A stretch of DNA of 64,000 nucleotides from an uncultured Actinomycetes bacterium (lineage in GTDB: Bacteria; Actinomycetota; Thermoleophilia; Gaiellales; Gaiellaceae), in NCBI GenBank assembly GCA_963821415.1, contig CAWGEE010000007.1, positions 725 to 64,724 of the forward strand, in the 5' to 3' direction. Both the position numbers and the translations under genes were made by a program. Below the pieces are notes generated by a model. The model ran no database searches. It was not told where the DNA came from and was given only the letters and a program-made list of their open reading frames with translations. This document shows positions 29,011 through 37,949 of this stretch, one piece after another; the first letter of the stretch is position 1, and the number at the start of each line of letters is the position of its first letter.

Positions 29011-30310
29011 CTACTTGATGCGGAGCGTGACGCCGAACATGTCGTCACGCGGTGACCAGATGCGCAGGCGCGTGTCGCGGCCCGCCTTCACCGTCACCCG
29101 GAACGAGCCGTTGGGCTGCGTCACGCGGGCGCCGCCGAGCCACTGCCACTGCCGAACCGCATCTCCTGCAACCGGTACGGCTGAACTCCGTTGCGCGGCC
29201 GCACCTGGCCCCACAGGGTCGTCTGTTCCCCGTGGCGCGAGGCCCGCACGAGCGGCAGCATGAATGCGCGCAGCGACGGCTTGGGCGCGCCACGGGCGGT
29301 GACGAAGCCGCTCTGCCAGCCCGACGAAGAGCCGTTGCTGTCGGCGATGTCGTCCTGGTAGAGGAAGTTGATCAGCATGTCGACGTAGGGCGCCTTCCAC
29401 ACTCGGAGGCTGCCTCGGCCGTGTAGATCGCCTGCAGCGCCGGCTCGATGCCGAGCCACGTGTCGGGCGGGTTCGTCTGGTAGCCGTACTCGGTCAGCCA
29501 GATGCGCTTCGGCCCCAGCGACTTGCGGACGGCAGCGGTCAACCGCTCGAGCGAGGCCATCGAGATCGTCTGGCAGTACTTGCACCCGCCGCTCCAGGGC
29601 GTTTCCGTCTGCGGCTGCACCGGATACGGGTGGTGCGCGTAGGCGTCGAGCTTGGCGTTGGCCCGGCCCATGCCGGCGATCCAGGCGAGCGGAGACAGGC
29701 CGCCCGCATTCCCGCGCGGCGCCGTGACGCCACCGCCGACGCGCGCCCCGGGAAGAACCTGCTTGATCGCCGCGTACCCCGGGTTGAGCAGCCGGCTCAC
29801 GTAGATCTGCGGCGTGGTGGGCTTCAGCCACCGCGCCTGGTTGGGCTCGTTCCAGATCGTCCAGTGGCGGACGAACGGGTAGCGGCTCGCCGCGGCGTAC
29901 GCGAAGTCGGCGAACGCCGTGGGCGATTCCGGCGCCCAGCTGGCGTCGAAGCCGCCGTTGGCCCACGATGGAGTGCCGACGAGCGTGACGACGGCGGCGA
30001 TGCCGCGCCTGTTCAGCGCGGTGAGAACACGGTCAGGGTTGCGCCAGCGATAGGCGCGGTCTCGGTTATCCGTGGGGTCGCGCGGCTCCCGGACGGCGAT
30101 CTGATCCCAGCGCAGCGTGAAGCGGACGATGTCCACACCGATGCGGTCGAGCTCGGCGGTGCGCTCCGAGAGCGAGCCGGGACCGCTGAGCAGCCACGCG
30201 TCGTCGTGGATCCCGAACTTCGCGCCGGAGGCTGCGCCCGCCGTCGGAGTAACGAAACCAGCGACCGCCACCACCACGGCGGCCAGCGTTGCGCACCTAA
30301 GCAATGTCAT
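29011..30310 (-). pseudogene. secreted clan GH-A (TIM-barrel) glycoside hydrolase, 2 frame changes
   Basis: ATG 30310 gives the signal peptide MTLLRCATLAAVVVAVAGFVTPTAGAASG. It has the acid/base motif WTIWNEPN and the nucleophile motif IWLTEYGY (ORF 29372..30736). The C-terminal beta-rich part runs in ORFs 29121..29966 and 29011..29400. Breaks lie near 29400 and 29155. Confidence 0.7.
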
Positions 30311-30777
30311 CAGTCGTTCGGCGCACGGAGGCGTGCGGCGCCTCTCCATTTCCTCTGCGCGTAGAACCCGGCCGCGCCGCCCAGGAGGAGCAGGGCGGCA
30401 AGCGATCCGAAGAGCACGAGCGGCGTGCCGGAGCTCCCGTCGGCCGCGACCGCCGCAGCGGCGGTTGGCTGGGAAGCGCCGTCTGCGCTCGAGCCGGCGA
30501 GGCTTCGCCCCACCACGCGGCCCGAGAGCGCGCGGTTGATGTCGTCGCTGGCGCTCGAGTAGAGACGAACGTCTTCGGGCATGTTCTTGAGCGCCTGCCG
30601 GTAGCAGCTGATCGGGTAGAGGTTGCTGATCGCGCCGTCGCTCCAGTCGGCGACGAGCGTTTCCCAGCACTCCTCCTTCGCGGACGCCGTGGCAGGTGCC
30701 AGCGCGACGACTGCGAACAGCGCGGAAACCCCACATGCTGTACGCAGGTACGCGGAAGCCTTGCGTATCGACGTCAC
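30310..30777 (-). CDS. secreted, C-terminally membrane-anchored 2-Cys domain protein (paralog 2)
   Basis: Part of ORF 30310..30846(-). The GTG at 30777 is preceded by GAGGGGG. The signal peptide ends ...LAPATASA. The domain KEECWETLVADWSDGAISNLYPISCYRQALKNMPEDVRLYSSASDDINRAL aligns with 5523..6142. It has an Ala/Ser/Gly linker and the TM anchor PLVLFGSLAALLLLGGAAGFYAQRKWRG. Its stop overlaps the glycosidase ATG (TGATG). Confidence 0.7.
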   Translation of the reverse strand: MTSIRKASAYLRTACGVSALFAVVALAPATASAKEECWETLVADWSDGAISNLYPISCYRQALKNMPEDVRLYSSASDDINRALSGRVVGRSLAGSSADGASQPTAAAAVAADGSSGTPLVLFGSLAALLLLGGAAGFYAQRKWRGAARLRAPND

Positions 30778-30938
30778 CCGAACACCCCCTCGATGTGGGC
30801 GTCCTACCCCTTTATTGGACGCAAAAAACGCTCGTCGGTAAGCCACAACGCTAGGGGCCGCCCGTAAATGCCCCCTGAGAGCGACGTAAGTGGCGCGTAA
30901 GGCGTGGTGTCAGGGCGGTGAACGCGGCGATGCACGTG

Positions 30939-31734
30939 CTATGCGGTTCGGCCGTAGTACATGCGCTGCGCCATCGCGCTGAGCATGTGCCCGGGCTCGA
31001 CGGAGTACGTGAGCACGGAGTTCATTCGCGGCGTCGAGCCGACGACGGGCGGCACCCGGTGGAGCGAGTAGCGGCCGCGGAAGAACGCGAGCGTGCCCGG
31101 ATCGGACGCGAGCTGTCTTGGCCGGCGTGTCGCCGATCAGCACGGAGCGGACCGCGTCGTAGCGCTCGTCGTCGGGCGTTCGCACCATCGGCGCGTACTC
31201 GAAGTCGCCGCCGGCCTGCGAGCGCTGGATCATCAGCGTCACGGAGAACTCGCTCTGGTCGAAGTGCCAGCCGAGCTCGTCTCCCTGCTCGTAGACCGTC
31301 ATGTTCACGCCGTCGAGCGGGTCGGCGCTGCGGTACAGCTCGTCCTTCTCGAGAGCCGCGGCGACGAACGCGAGCACCTCGTCCGATGCGTAGATGCGCC
31401 GCGAGCCGAAGTCTTCCGGCATCAGATCCATCGCGACCGCCTTCTGGGCCGAGCGGACCTCGATGCGCCGCGGGTGGTCCACCGGCAGCGACTCGTCGAT
31501 CTCGTCGTCGAAGTAGCAGTTGTGGGTCGCGTCGTTCGGGTAGCCCTGGGTGGCCAGGTCGCCGGCCTCCTCCGCCATTCGCTCAACGGCGTCCGGTCGG
31601 ACGAAGCCGTCCAGGCGGCACGCACCCTCGCTGCGGAGGGCGGCGCGACACTCTGCGACGAGCCCCTGCGCGGCCGCGCCTTCGAGCTCGTGAATCGGAT
31701 AGCGATCGAGGTCGATGAGGTCGTCCAGCGCCAC
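30939..31734 (-). pseudogene. Fe(II)/2-oxoglutarate-dependent oxygenase (HxD...H type; resembles free-amino-acid hydroxylase/halogenase family), one frame break
   Basis: ORF 30910..31734(-) has GDELGWHFDQSEFSVTLMIQ (the HxD triad). After ~31125 the family tail LASDPGTLAFFRGRYSLHRVPPVVGSTPRMNSVLTYS...RMYYGRTA (distal His, Arg) is in another frame and stops at 30939-30941. Confidence 0.6.
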
Positions 31735-31755
31735 GATCGCGACTTACAAGGAGGA

Positions 31756-31841
31756 CTTGGCGAAACAGTGACTGAGCCGCCGGAATCACGCTGGAGGCCG
31801 CGCGGCGTCCTCGGTCCCGACGATTGTACCGTTCCGCCAAG
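31756..31841 (+). repeat. partial copy of the sodA-upstream palindromic element
   Basis: 31758-31816 (TGGCGAAACAGTGACTGAGCCGCCGGAATCACGCTGGAGGCCGCGCGGCGTCCTCGGTC) matches the reverse complement of 34048-34109, apart from 2 substitutions and a 3-nt indel. CTTGGCGaAAC (31756-) can pair with GTTcCGCCAAG (-31841). Confidence 0.8.
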
Positions 31842-31866
31842 CCCTACCGCGCTCTACGATCACGTC

Positions 31867-32661
31867 GTGGTCGATGCGAAGCTCGTCGACTCCTTCCGCC
31901 GCGACGGCGCGGTCTGCATCCGCGGCGCGTTCACCGACGACGAGGTGGCGCTCGTCGCCCAAGGCATCGAGCGCAACCTCGCCGAGCCGAGCGAGCTGGC
32001 CCTCGTCGCGAGCCGTCCGGACGACCCGGGCCGCTTCTTCGAGGACTTTCGCGGCTGGCAGCGCATCCCCGAATACGAGGAGTTCATCCGCGAGTCGGCC
32101 GCGGCGCAGATCGCCGGCGAGCTGATGGGCTCAAAGCAGGTACGCCTCTTCCACGACCACGTGCTCGTGAAGGAGCCGGCGACACGTCAGCCGACGCCGT
32201 GGCATCAGGACCAGCCGTACTACAACGTCGACGGCCGGCAGGTCTGCTCGCTCTGGATGCCCGTCGACCCGGTCGACCGCGAGTCGACTGTCGAGTTCGT
32301 CGCCGGCTCGCATCTCGGTCCGTGGCTCATGCCGAGGACGTTCATGGACGCGGAGGCGAAGTGGTTCCCCGAGGGAACCCTCGAGGACCTGCCCGACATC
32401 GAGGGCAATCGCGACGGCTTCGAGATCCTCGCGTGGGAGCTCGAGCCGGGAGACTGCGTCTACTTCCACATGCTGACGCTCCACGCAGCAGGTGGAGCTA
32501 CGAGACGGCGGCGGGCGCTCTCGATCCGCTTCCTCGGCGATGACGCAACGCATGCGCCGCGCCGCTGGAAGACGTCGCCAGACTTTCCCGAGCTCGCCGA
32601 CCTCCCTGCGGGCGCTCCGATGCGTCACGAGCTGTTCCCCGTGCTGTGGAGACGCGACTAG
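31867..32661 (+). CDS. phytanoyl-CoA dioxygenase (PhyH)-family Fe(II)/2OG oxygenase
   Basis: Distal part of ORF 31093..32661. Motifs include FRRDGAVCIRGAF, PTPWHQDQPYY (HxD) and GDCVYFHMLTLHAAGG. My preferred start is GTG 31867 (TACGAT 31855-31860-N6-GTG). The alternative is GTG 31768 inside the repeat, which would add 33 aa. Confidence 0.8.
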   Translation: MVDAKLVDSFRRDGAVCIRGAFTDDEVALVAQGIERNLAEPSELALVASRPDDPGRFFEDFRGWQRIPEYEEFIRESAAAQIAGELMGSKQVRLFHDHVLVKEPATRQPTPWHQDQPYYNVDGRQVCSLWMPVDPVDRESTVEFVAGSHLGPWLMPRTFMDAEAKWFPEGTLEDLPDIEGNRDGFEILAWELEPGDCVYFHMLTLHAAGGATRRRRALSIRFLGDDATHAPRRWKTSPDFPELADLPAGAPMRHELFPVLWRRD

Positions 32662-32664
32662 CGG

Positions 32665-33300
32665 CTACCAGCCGTCCCAGTGCACGATCGTCTCCAGCGG
32701 CTTGCGCCGCGCGGGACGGAACTCGGTGCCGATCGTGTACGCGACGGGGATGAGGGCGACCTGCATCACCTCCGCGTACGGGATCCCGAGCAGCTCGGCG
32801 GCCTCCTCCTCATGGGCGAGGTGGAACGTCGTCCAGCAGGTGCCGAGGCCGCGCGTGCGGGCGGCGAGCATGAAGCTCCACACGGCGGGCACGATCGTGC
32901 CGAAGCGGGACGCCTGGTGGGGAATCGGCTTGCCGTCCGTGCGACCCTCGATGCACGGGATGACGTGCACCGGCACGTCGCCGATGTGATCCATCAGGTG
33001 CCAGACGGAGTCGAGCAACCGCCGCGTGCCATCGGGTAGCTCCACGTCGGGCGCGGGCCGCTCCCCTCCCAGGTAGCGCTGACCGAACCGGCGCCAGAGC
33101 TCGCCCAGAGCAGCGCGCTTCTCGGGATCGGTGACGACGACGAAGTGCCAGTCCTCGCGGTAGCTGGCCGCCGGCGCCTGCTGTGCCAGGCGAAGGCAAT
33201 CCTCGAGCACCTCGCGCTCGACGGGCCGCTCGAGGTCCAGCCGCCGCCGCACCGCCCGCGTGGTGGACAACACCTCGTCGGGCGTCAGGTCGAGCAGCAC
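32665..33300 (-). CDS. nitroreductase-family protein
   Basis: Part of ORF 32665..33372(-). Motifs include TTRAVRRRLDLERPVEREVLEDCLRLAQQAPAASY and ...AARTRGLGTCWTT. The start is set to GTG 33300, just after the sodA stop; the longer ORF would overlap sodA by 60 nt. Confidence 0.75.
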   Translation of the reverse strand: MLLDLTPDEVLSTTRAVRRRLDLERPVEREVLEDCLRLAQQAPAASYREDWHFVVVTDPEKRAALGELWRRFGQRYLGGERPAPDVELPDGTRRLLDSVWHLMDHIGDVPVHVIPCIEGRTDGKPIPHQASRFGTIVPAVWSFMLAARTRGLGTCWTTFHLAHEEEAAELLGIPYAEVMQVALIPVAYTIGTEFRPARRKPLETIVHWDGW

Positions 33301-33311
33301 TCGGTTCTCGC

Positions 33312-33920
33312 TCAGGAGGAGGCTTCCGCGTAGCGGCGGCCGACCTCGTCCCAGTTGACGACGTTCCACCACGCGGCGAGATAGTCAGGCCGCCGGTTCT
33401 GGTACTTGAGGTAGTAGGCGTGCTCCCAGACGTCGATGCCGAGCAGCGGCACGTCGTCGGTCAGAAGCGGGCTGTCCTGGTTCGGCAGCGAGTAGACGGC
33501 GAGTCCCGTGCCGTCCCACACGAGCCAGGTCCAGCCAGAGCCGAAGCGCTTCACGCCTGCGTCGTTCACCGCATCCTTGAGCGCCTGGACGCTGCCGAAG
33601 ACGTCGTTGATCGCGTCTGCGAGCGAACCGGTCGGCTCGCCACCGCCGTCGGGGCTCATGAACGTCCAGAAGAGCGAGTGGTTGGCATGGCCGCCTGCGT
33701 TGTTGCGAACGGTCGTGCGGATCTCCTCCGGTAGCGCGTCGAGGTTCGCGAGCACCTGCTCGACCGACTGGTCGGCCCACTGCGTCCCTTCGAGCGCCTT
33801 GTTCGCGTTGTCGACGTACGCCTGGTGATGCTTGCCGTGGTGGATCTCCATCGTCTGCGCGTCGATGTGCGGCTCGAGCGCGTCCAGCTCGTAGGGCAGT
33901 GAGGGAAGGTCGAAGGCCAT
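33312..33920 (-). CDS. sodA: Mn-type superoxide dismutase
   Basis: C-terminal part of the artefactual ORF 33312..35846(-). The sequence reads [72 protein letters not shown]. The GGH and NQD positions point to the Mn type. An AAGGAGAC SD is present. Confidence 0.92.
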   Translation of the reverse strand: MAFDLPSLPYELDALEPHIDAQTMEIHHGKHHQAYVDNANKALEGTQWADQSVEQVLANLDALPEEIRTTVRNNAGGHANHSLFWTFMSPDGGGEPTGSLADAINDVFGSVQALKDAVNDAGVKRFGSGWTWLVWDGTGLAVYSLPNQDSPLLTDDVPLLGIDVWEHAYYLKYQNRRPDYLAAWWNVVNWDEVGRRYAEASS

Positions 33921-33952
33921 GCGGGTCTCCTTTGTGGCTGTCCCGGCGATTC

Positions 33953-34119
33953 TAGGGGGGTCTGGCGGAACGGTGCTCGTCGCCGGGGCGCGCTGGAGGT
34001 TGTGATGCAAGGACGCAGGGAGCCCGCGTACTAGTAAGTACGTGGGCGACCGAGGACGCCGCAGCGCGGCCTCCAGCGTGATTCCGGCGGCACAGTCACT
34101 GTTGCGCCAGACCCCCCTA
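33953..34119. repeat. 167-bp imperfect palindromic element (MITE-like or structured leader) between sodA and the OCD-family gene
   Basis: The terminal 15-bp perfect inverted repeats are TAGGGGGGTCTGGCG (33953-33967) and CGCCAGACCCCCCTA (34105-34119). Further arm pairing includes AAC/GTT, GTG/CAC, CGCTGGAGG/CCTCCAGCG and an apical stem 34022-34047 around the loop TAGTAA. The outermost dinucleotide is TA on both sides. Confidence 0.8.
34031..34099 (-). CDS. 22-codon mini-ORF inside the palindromic element ([22 protein letters not shown])
   Basis: The GTG at 34099 lies 12 nt after AGGGGGG. The same frame in the 31768 copy reads [16 protein letters not shown]..., after AAGGAGG at a similar distance. 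The copies differ by one codon substitution and one in-frame 3-nt indel. Confidence 0.2.
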   Translation of the reverse strand: MTVPPESRWRPRCGVLGRPRTY

Positions 34120-34130
34120 AAATCACTTGC

Positions 34131-35052
34131 TTGCGCGAGATGCTCGTTCTGGGCGAAGCGGACGTCGAGGTGCTCCTCGACCCCGCCGGCTGTCTCGAGG
34201 CAGTCGAGCGCGCGCTCGTCGCTCTCGCGCGCGGCGAGATCCATCTGCCGCTGCGGATGATCGTGCGGCCGCCCGGCGAAGAGAGCCTGATCGGGCTGAT
34301 GCCGGTGCATCGCGGCGGCGAGGAGCGGCTCTACGGGTTGAAGACCGTCGTCATCGTGCCGGGCAACTCCGCGCGCGGTCTCGATCCGCACCAGGGCACG
34401 GTGACGCTGTTCGACGGCGAGACCGGACAGACGATCGCCGTCATGAACGCGTCTCCGATCACCGCCATCCGTACTGCGGCGGCCAGCGCGCTCGCGACCC
34501 GCGAGCTCGCGCGGAAGGACGCTCGCGTGCTGGCCATCGTGGGCACGGGGCACCAGGGGCGCGCGCATCAGCGGCTGCTCCCCGCCGTCTTGCCGTTCGA
34601 CGAGGTGCTGATGGCGGGCAGAGGCGACGCCGAAGCTGCGGTGCGGCAGGCGGACGTCGTGGTCACGGCGACGAGCTCGAGTGAGCCTGTAATCCGGCGT
34701 GAGTGGCTCAAGGACGGCACGCACATCAACGCAGTCGGCGCGTGCTTCCCGCACACACGCGAGCTGGACTCGGCCACGGTCGCCGCCTCGACGTTCATCG
34801 CCGACCGGCGGGAGTCGGCAGAGAACGAGTCCGGCGACTACCGCCTCGCGCTCGCGGAAGGCGCGATCGCCGAAGATCACATCGCAGCGAGAGCTGGGCG
34901 ACGTGCTCACGGGCGCGCACCCGGGCCGCACGTCGGCGGACGAGATCACGGTCTTCGAGTCGCTGGGAGTCGCGGTCGAGGACCTCTTCGCCGCCGAGTA
35001 CGTCGTCCGCCGGGCGCGGGAGACCGGTCGCGGCATCGCCGCCGACTTTTGA
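34131..35052 (+). pseudogene. ornithine cyclodeaminase/mu-crystallin family protein, one frame break
   Basis: First part of ORF 34131..35996, including the Rossmann motif [13 protein letters not shown]. After ~34889 the family tail [42 protein letters not shown] is in ORF 34699..35052. TAAAAT (34118-34123)-N7-TTG 34131; the alternative start is ATG 34140. Confidence 0.8.
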
Positions 35053-35996
35053 TTCCGATCGACGAGATTCGCCGGGCGGCGGACGTGATCGCCGGCGGGG
35101 CTCTGCGCACTCCGCTCGTGCGTGCGCAACTGCCGGACACGCCGTGCGAGCTCTGGCTCAAGCTCGAATGCTTGCAGCCGGTCGGCGCTTTCAAGATTCG
35201 CGGAGCGTTGAATGCCATGAGGCAAGCCCCTGAGGCAGCGCTGGCCGCCGGCGTCGTCACTCCGAGCGCCGGCAACATGGGGCAGGCAATCGCGTGGGCG
35301 GCCCGCAACGCAGGCGTCGGCGCCACGATCGTCGCCCCCGACCATGCCCCGCGCGTGAAGCTGGCGGCCATCGAGCGGCTCGGCGGACGGGTCGTCACAG
35401 TGCCGTTCGAGCGATGGTGGCAGGTGATGGAGGAGGGGCGGTTCGAGGGCAATGACGAATTCTTTGTCCACCCCGTGCGGGACCCACTCGTCATGGCGGG
35501 CAACGGCACGATCGGGCTGGAGGTCATCGATGACCTGGCGACGCCCGATGCCGTCGTCGTACCAGTCGGCGGCGGCGGCCTGGTCAGCGGGATCGCCAGT
35601 GCAGTCAAGGTGGCGAGCCCCGGTACGCGCATCATCGCCGTCGAGCCCGAGACGGCCGCGCCCCTGGCGGCGTCGTTCGCCGCCGGTGCGCCCACTGAGA
35701 TCGCCTACCAGCCGTCCTTCGTCGACGGCGCAGGCGGCCGCAGCATCCTGCCCGGAATGTGGCCGTTGCTGCAGGAGGTCGTCGACCAGGCCGTGACCGT
35801 CTCCCTCGAGGAGACCGCGCGGGCCGTGCGCCTGCTCCTGGAACACGCGAAAGTGGTGGCGGAGGGGGCCGGCGCCCTTGCCACGGCCGCTGTGCTGGCC
35901 GGGCGTGCAGGCTCGGGTCGCGTGGTGTCCGTCGTTTCGGGCGGCAACATCGACGCGCCCGTGCTCGCGCGCATCGCCGGCGGGGACATCCCGTAG
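35049..35996 (+). CDS. PLP-dependent threonine/serine dehydratase-like enzyme (PALP fold)
   Basis: TTG 35049 overlaps the stop of the previous gene (TTGA). Motifs are [17 protein letters not shown] (PLP Lys), [13 protein letters not shown] and the glycine loop [11 protein letters not shown]. The single 621-aa ORF in the track is an artefactual fusion. Confidence 0.85.
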   Translation: MIPIDEIRRAADVIAGGALRTPLVRAQLPDTPCELWLKLECLQPVGAFKIRGALNAMRQAPEAALAAGVVTPSAGNMGQAIAWAARNAGVGATIVAPDHAPRVKLAAIERLGGRVVTVPFERWWQVMEEGRFEGNDEFFVHPVRDPLVMAGNGTIGLEVIDDLATPDAVVVPVGGGGLVSGIASAVKVASPGTRIIAVEPETAAPLAASFAAGAPTEIAYQPSFVDGAGGRSILPGMWPLLQEVVDQAVTVSLEETARAVRLLLEHAKVVAEGAGALATAAVLAGRAGSGRVVSVVSGGNIDAPVLARIAGGDIP

Positions 35997-36017
35997 GGAG
36001 ATGCGTAGAGTGCTCCC

Positions 36018-36479
36018 GTGAAGGTCGAGGGCACCAAGGCGTTCGACGCGGCGCCCGAAGTGGTGTGGGAAGTGCTCATGGACCCGGAGCGAATGGCGAA
36101 GCTGCTACCCGGCGTCGAGAGCTTCGAGGTGCACGACGCCGACCACTGGACGGCCGCCGTCAAGGTGCCGCTCGGGATGGGCGCCCTCAAGCTGAAGTTC
36201 GCCTTCGAGCAGGTCGAGAGGCGGCCGATCGACTACGCGAAGCTCAGCGCCAAGGGCCAGGGCGTCGGTGCGATCGTGAACATGCAGACCGAGTTCCACC
36301 TCGCGCCGGACGGCGATGCGACGACGATGCGCTGGGAGGCCGACGTCCGCGTGGCAGGGCCCGTCGGCTCCATGGGGCAGCGGGTCTTCCAGCCGATCGT
36401 CAACCAGCAGGTGACGAGCGTGCTCGACGCGCTGGAGGTTCAGGTCGCGGAGGCGAAGCAGGCGAAAGCGGCCGGCTAG
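36018..36479 (+). CDS. SRPBCC-fold protein, CoxG family
   Basis: ORF 36018..36479 reads [37 protein letters not shown]..., typical of CoxG. TAGAGT (36006-36011)-N6-GTG. Confidence 0.8.
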   Translation: MKVEGTKAFDAAPEVVWEVLMDPERMAKLLPGVESFEVHDADHWTAAVKVPLGMGALKLKFAFEQVERRPIDYAKLSAKGQGVGAIVNMQTEFHLAPDGDATTMRWEADVRVAGPVGSMGQRVFQPIVNQQVTSVLDALEVQVAEAKQAKAAG

Positions 36480-36975
36480 GCGCTCGGGCCTGAGCACTTG
36501 AACGACCCTGAGGCCGTTCCCTTGCCGCCCAGCAGCAGCTTCCCGGTGTAAGTCGCCTGCGTTTGCTTCTTCTTGAAGGTCATCTTGATGTTGCCGAGCA
36601 TGTAGTGCTTCCTGCCCAGCCACCACTCGACGAAGACGCTCCTTGCGATAGACGCCGTCGCCGCTGCAACGCGCCGACGAACTCCCAGTACTTCGTCTTC
36701 GGATCCGTGCCGCGGAAGATGCGCCGGCCGAGGTAGAGGAACATCACCCCGTTCCGCTTGATGCAGGTGCCGCTCGCGAACTTCACCGGTGCCTTCCCGG
36801 CCACCTTCGCCGTCGCCGTCGCGGGCCCGCAGTACTGGACCCAGAACTTCCCGCCCGACCGGATCGCGCCCGGCTCGCACTTCGCAGTCGAGCTCGCCGT
36901 CGCGCTTGCCGTGGCAGCGATCAGGGCGAGGCCCACGCAGGCGAGCAGTGTCAGGCGACGGTGTGTGAGTCTCAT
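36476..36975 (-). pseudogene. small secreted/lipoprotein-like hypothetical protein, one frame break
   Basis: ORF 36580..36975(-) has the signal peptide MRLTHRRLTLLACVGLALIAATASA. The Lys-rich tail [54 protein letters not shown] is in ORF 36476..36880. The break is near 36660. Confidence 0.45.
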
Positions 36976-37091
36976 CTCAGGTGCCCCAGGTCTCCGAGCT
37001 CCTGGGCAGAGCTCGAACGTCGGCAGGATACCTGAGCCGATCGGCCGTTCTCCGCTTCAACTGTCTCCGGCGGAGAGGCTAGCCTCGCCCG

Positions 37092-37949
37092 ATGTCCGCG
37101 GTCGTCCTGGCGCTCATCGCCGCCGTGCTCTTCGGTGCGATGGCGGCCACGCTGGGCGTCGCGTTCCAGCGGAGCTCGGACGCCGAGGCGGGAGCGCTCG
37201 TCACCGGTCTGGTCGCGCTGGGTGTGACCGCCGCGCTCTCGCTGAACGCGCTCTCGGACAGCGGCGATCTCTGGCCGTTTCTCCTCACCGGGCTCATCGC
37301 GCCGGGCGGCTCGCAGCTCCTGTACGTCATGGCCGTGAAGGAGGTCGGGGCTTCGCGGGCAGCCGTCATCGCGGGAGCCGGGCCGCTCGTCGCCGTCACG
37401 ATCGCGTTCGCGATCCTCGACGAGCCGGTCGAGCCGGCGCTGGTCGCCGGCGCCGTGTTGATCGTGCTCGGCGTCTTCGCGCTCGCGGGTGAGCGAGACA
37501 GGCCGGAGCATCTGCGCTTCGTCGGGCTCGTGCTCGCTCTCGCGTCCACAGTGTTCTTTGCAACCCGCGACAACATCGTCAGATGGCTGGCCGAGGACAC
37601 CACGGTCGATCCACAGCTCGCCGCAGCGGCGACGATCGTCAGCGGCTCGGCGGTGATGGCCACGTACGTCCTCTTCCTCAGGGGGCGAACGATGCTCGGG
37701 GACGTGCGCCGAGCCTTCCGCCCGTTCGCCCTGCCCGGCGTGCTCTGGGGTCTGTCCTACGCTGCCATCTTCGAGGCCTTCTACCGTGGGCGGGTGAGCG
37801 TCGTCAGCCCGCTCATTGCCACCGAGGCGCTCTTCGGCGTGCTGCTCGCCGCCGTGATCATCGGGCGGAGCGAGCTGATCGGGCGACACGTCATCGTTGC
37901 GGCCGGGTTCATCGTCTGCGGCGGCGCCCTGATCGGAGTGTTCCGGTGA
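37092..37949 (+). CDS. EamA/DMT-superfamily transporter
   Basis: ORF 37092..37949 has ten predicted TM helices and two EamA-like halves. TAGCCT (37080-37085)-N6-ATG. Confidence 0.8.
   Translation: MSAVVLALIAAVLFGAMAATLGVAFQRSSDAEAGALVTGLVALGVTAALSLNALSDSGDLWPFLLTGLIAPGGSQLLYVMAVKEVGASRAAVIAGAGPLVAVTIAFAILDEPVEPALVAGAVLIVLGVFALAGERDRPEHLRFVGLVLALASTVFFATRDNIVRWLAEDTTVDPQLAAAATIVSGSAVMATYVLFLRGRTMLGDVRRAFRPFALPGVLWGLSYAAIFEAFYRGRVSVVSPLIATEALFGVLLAAVIIGRSELIGRHVIVAAGFIVCGGALIGVFR

Noticed and set aside
28732-29055. The 107-aa plus-strand ORF, and the 185-195-aa minus-strand ORFs, in the DLH/glycosidase spacer considered as protein genes.
   Set aside because: The translations (e.g. MKDSPRQVLGDLRIAGDLAFLRWGKPCFPHGPPSSRRWWEAG...) have no family resemblance, no SD or leaderless signal, and run across strong hairpins. 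I treat the region as non-coding.
33312-35846. Very long antisense or read-through ORFs from the track, considered as possible giant genes: 33312..35846(-) at 844 aa, 48630..51578(-) at 982 aa, 6641..8416(-) at 591 aa, 1859..3190(-), 55889..57637(+) and 53155..54975(+).
   Set aside because: Their translations are Arg/Pro/Gly/Ala-rich low-complexity strings typical of wrong-frame or antisense reading in ~70% GC DNA. Each overlaps a gene with clear family motifs on the other strand or frame. Only short terminal segments are real: sodA, the N-terminus of the FAD oxidase, and a few others.
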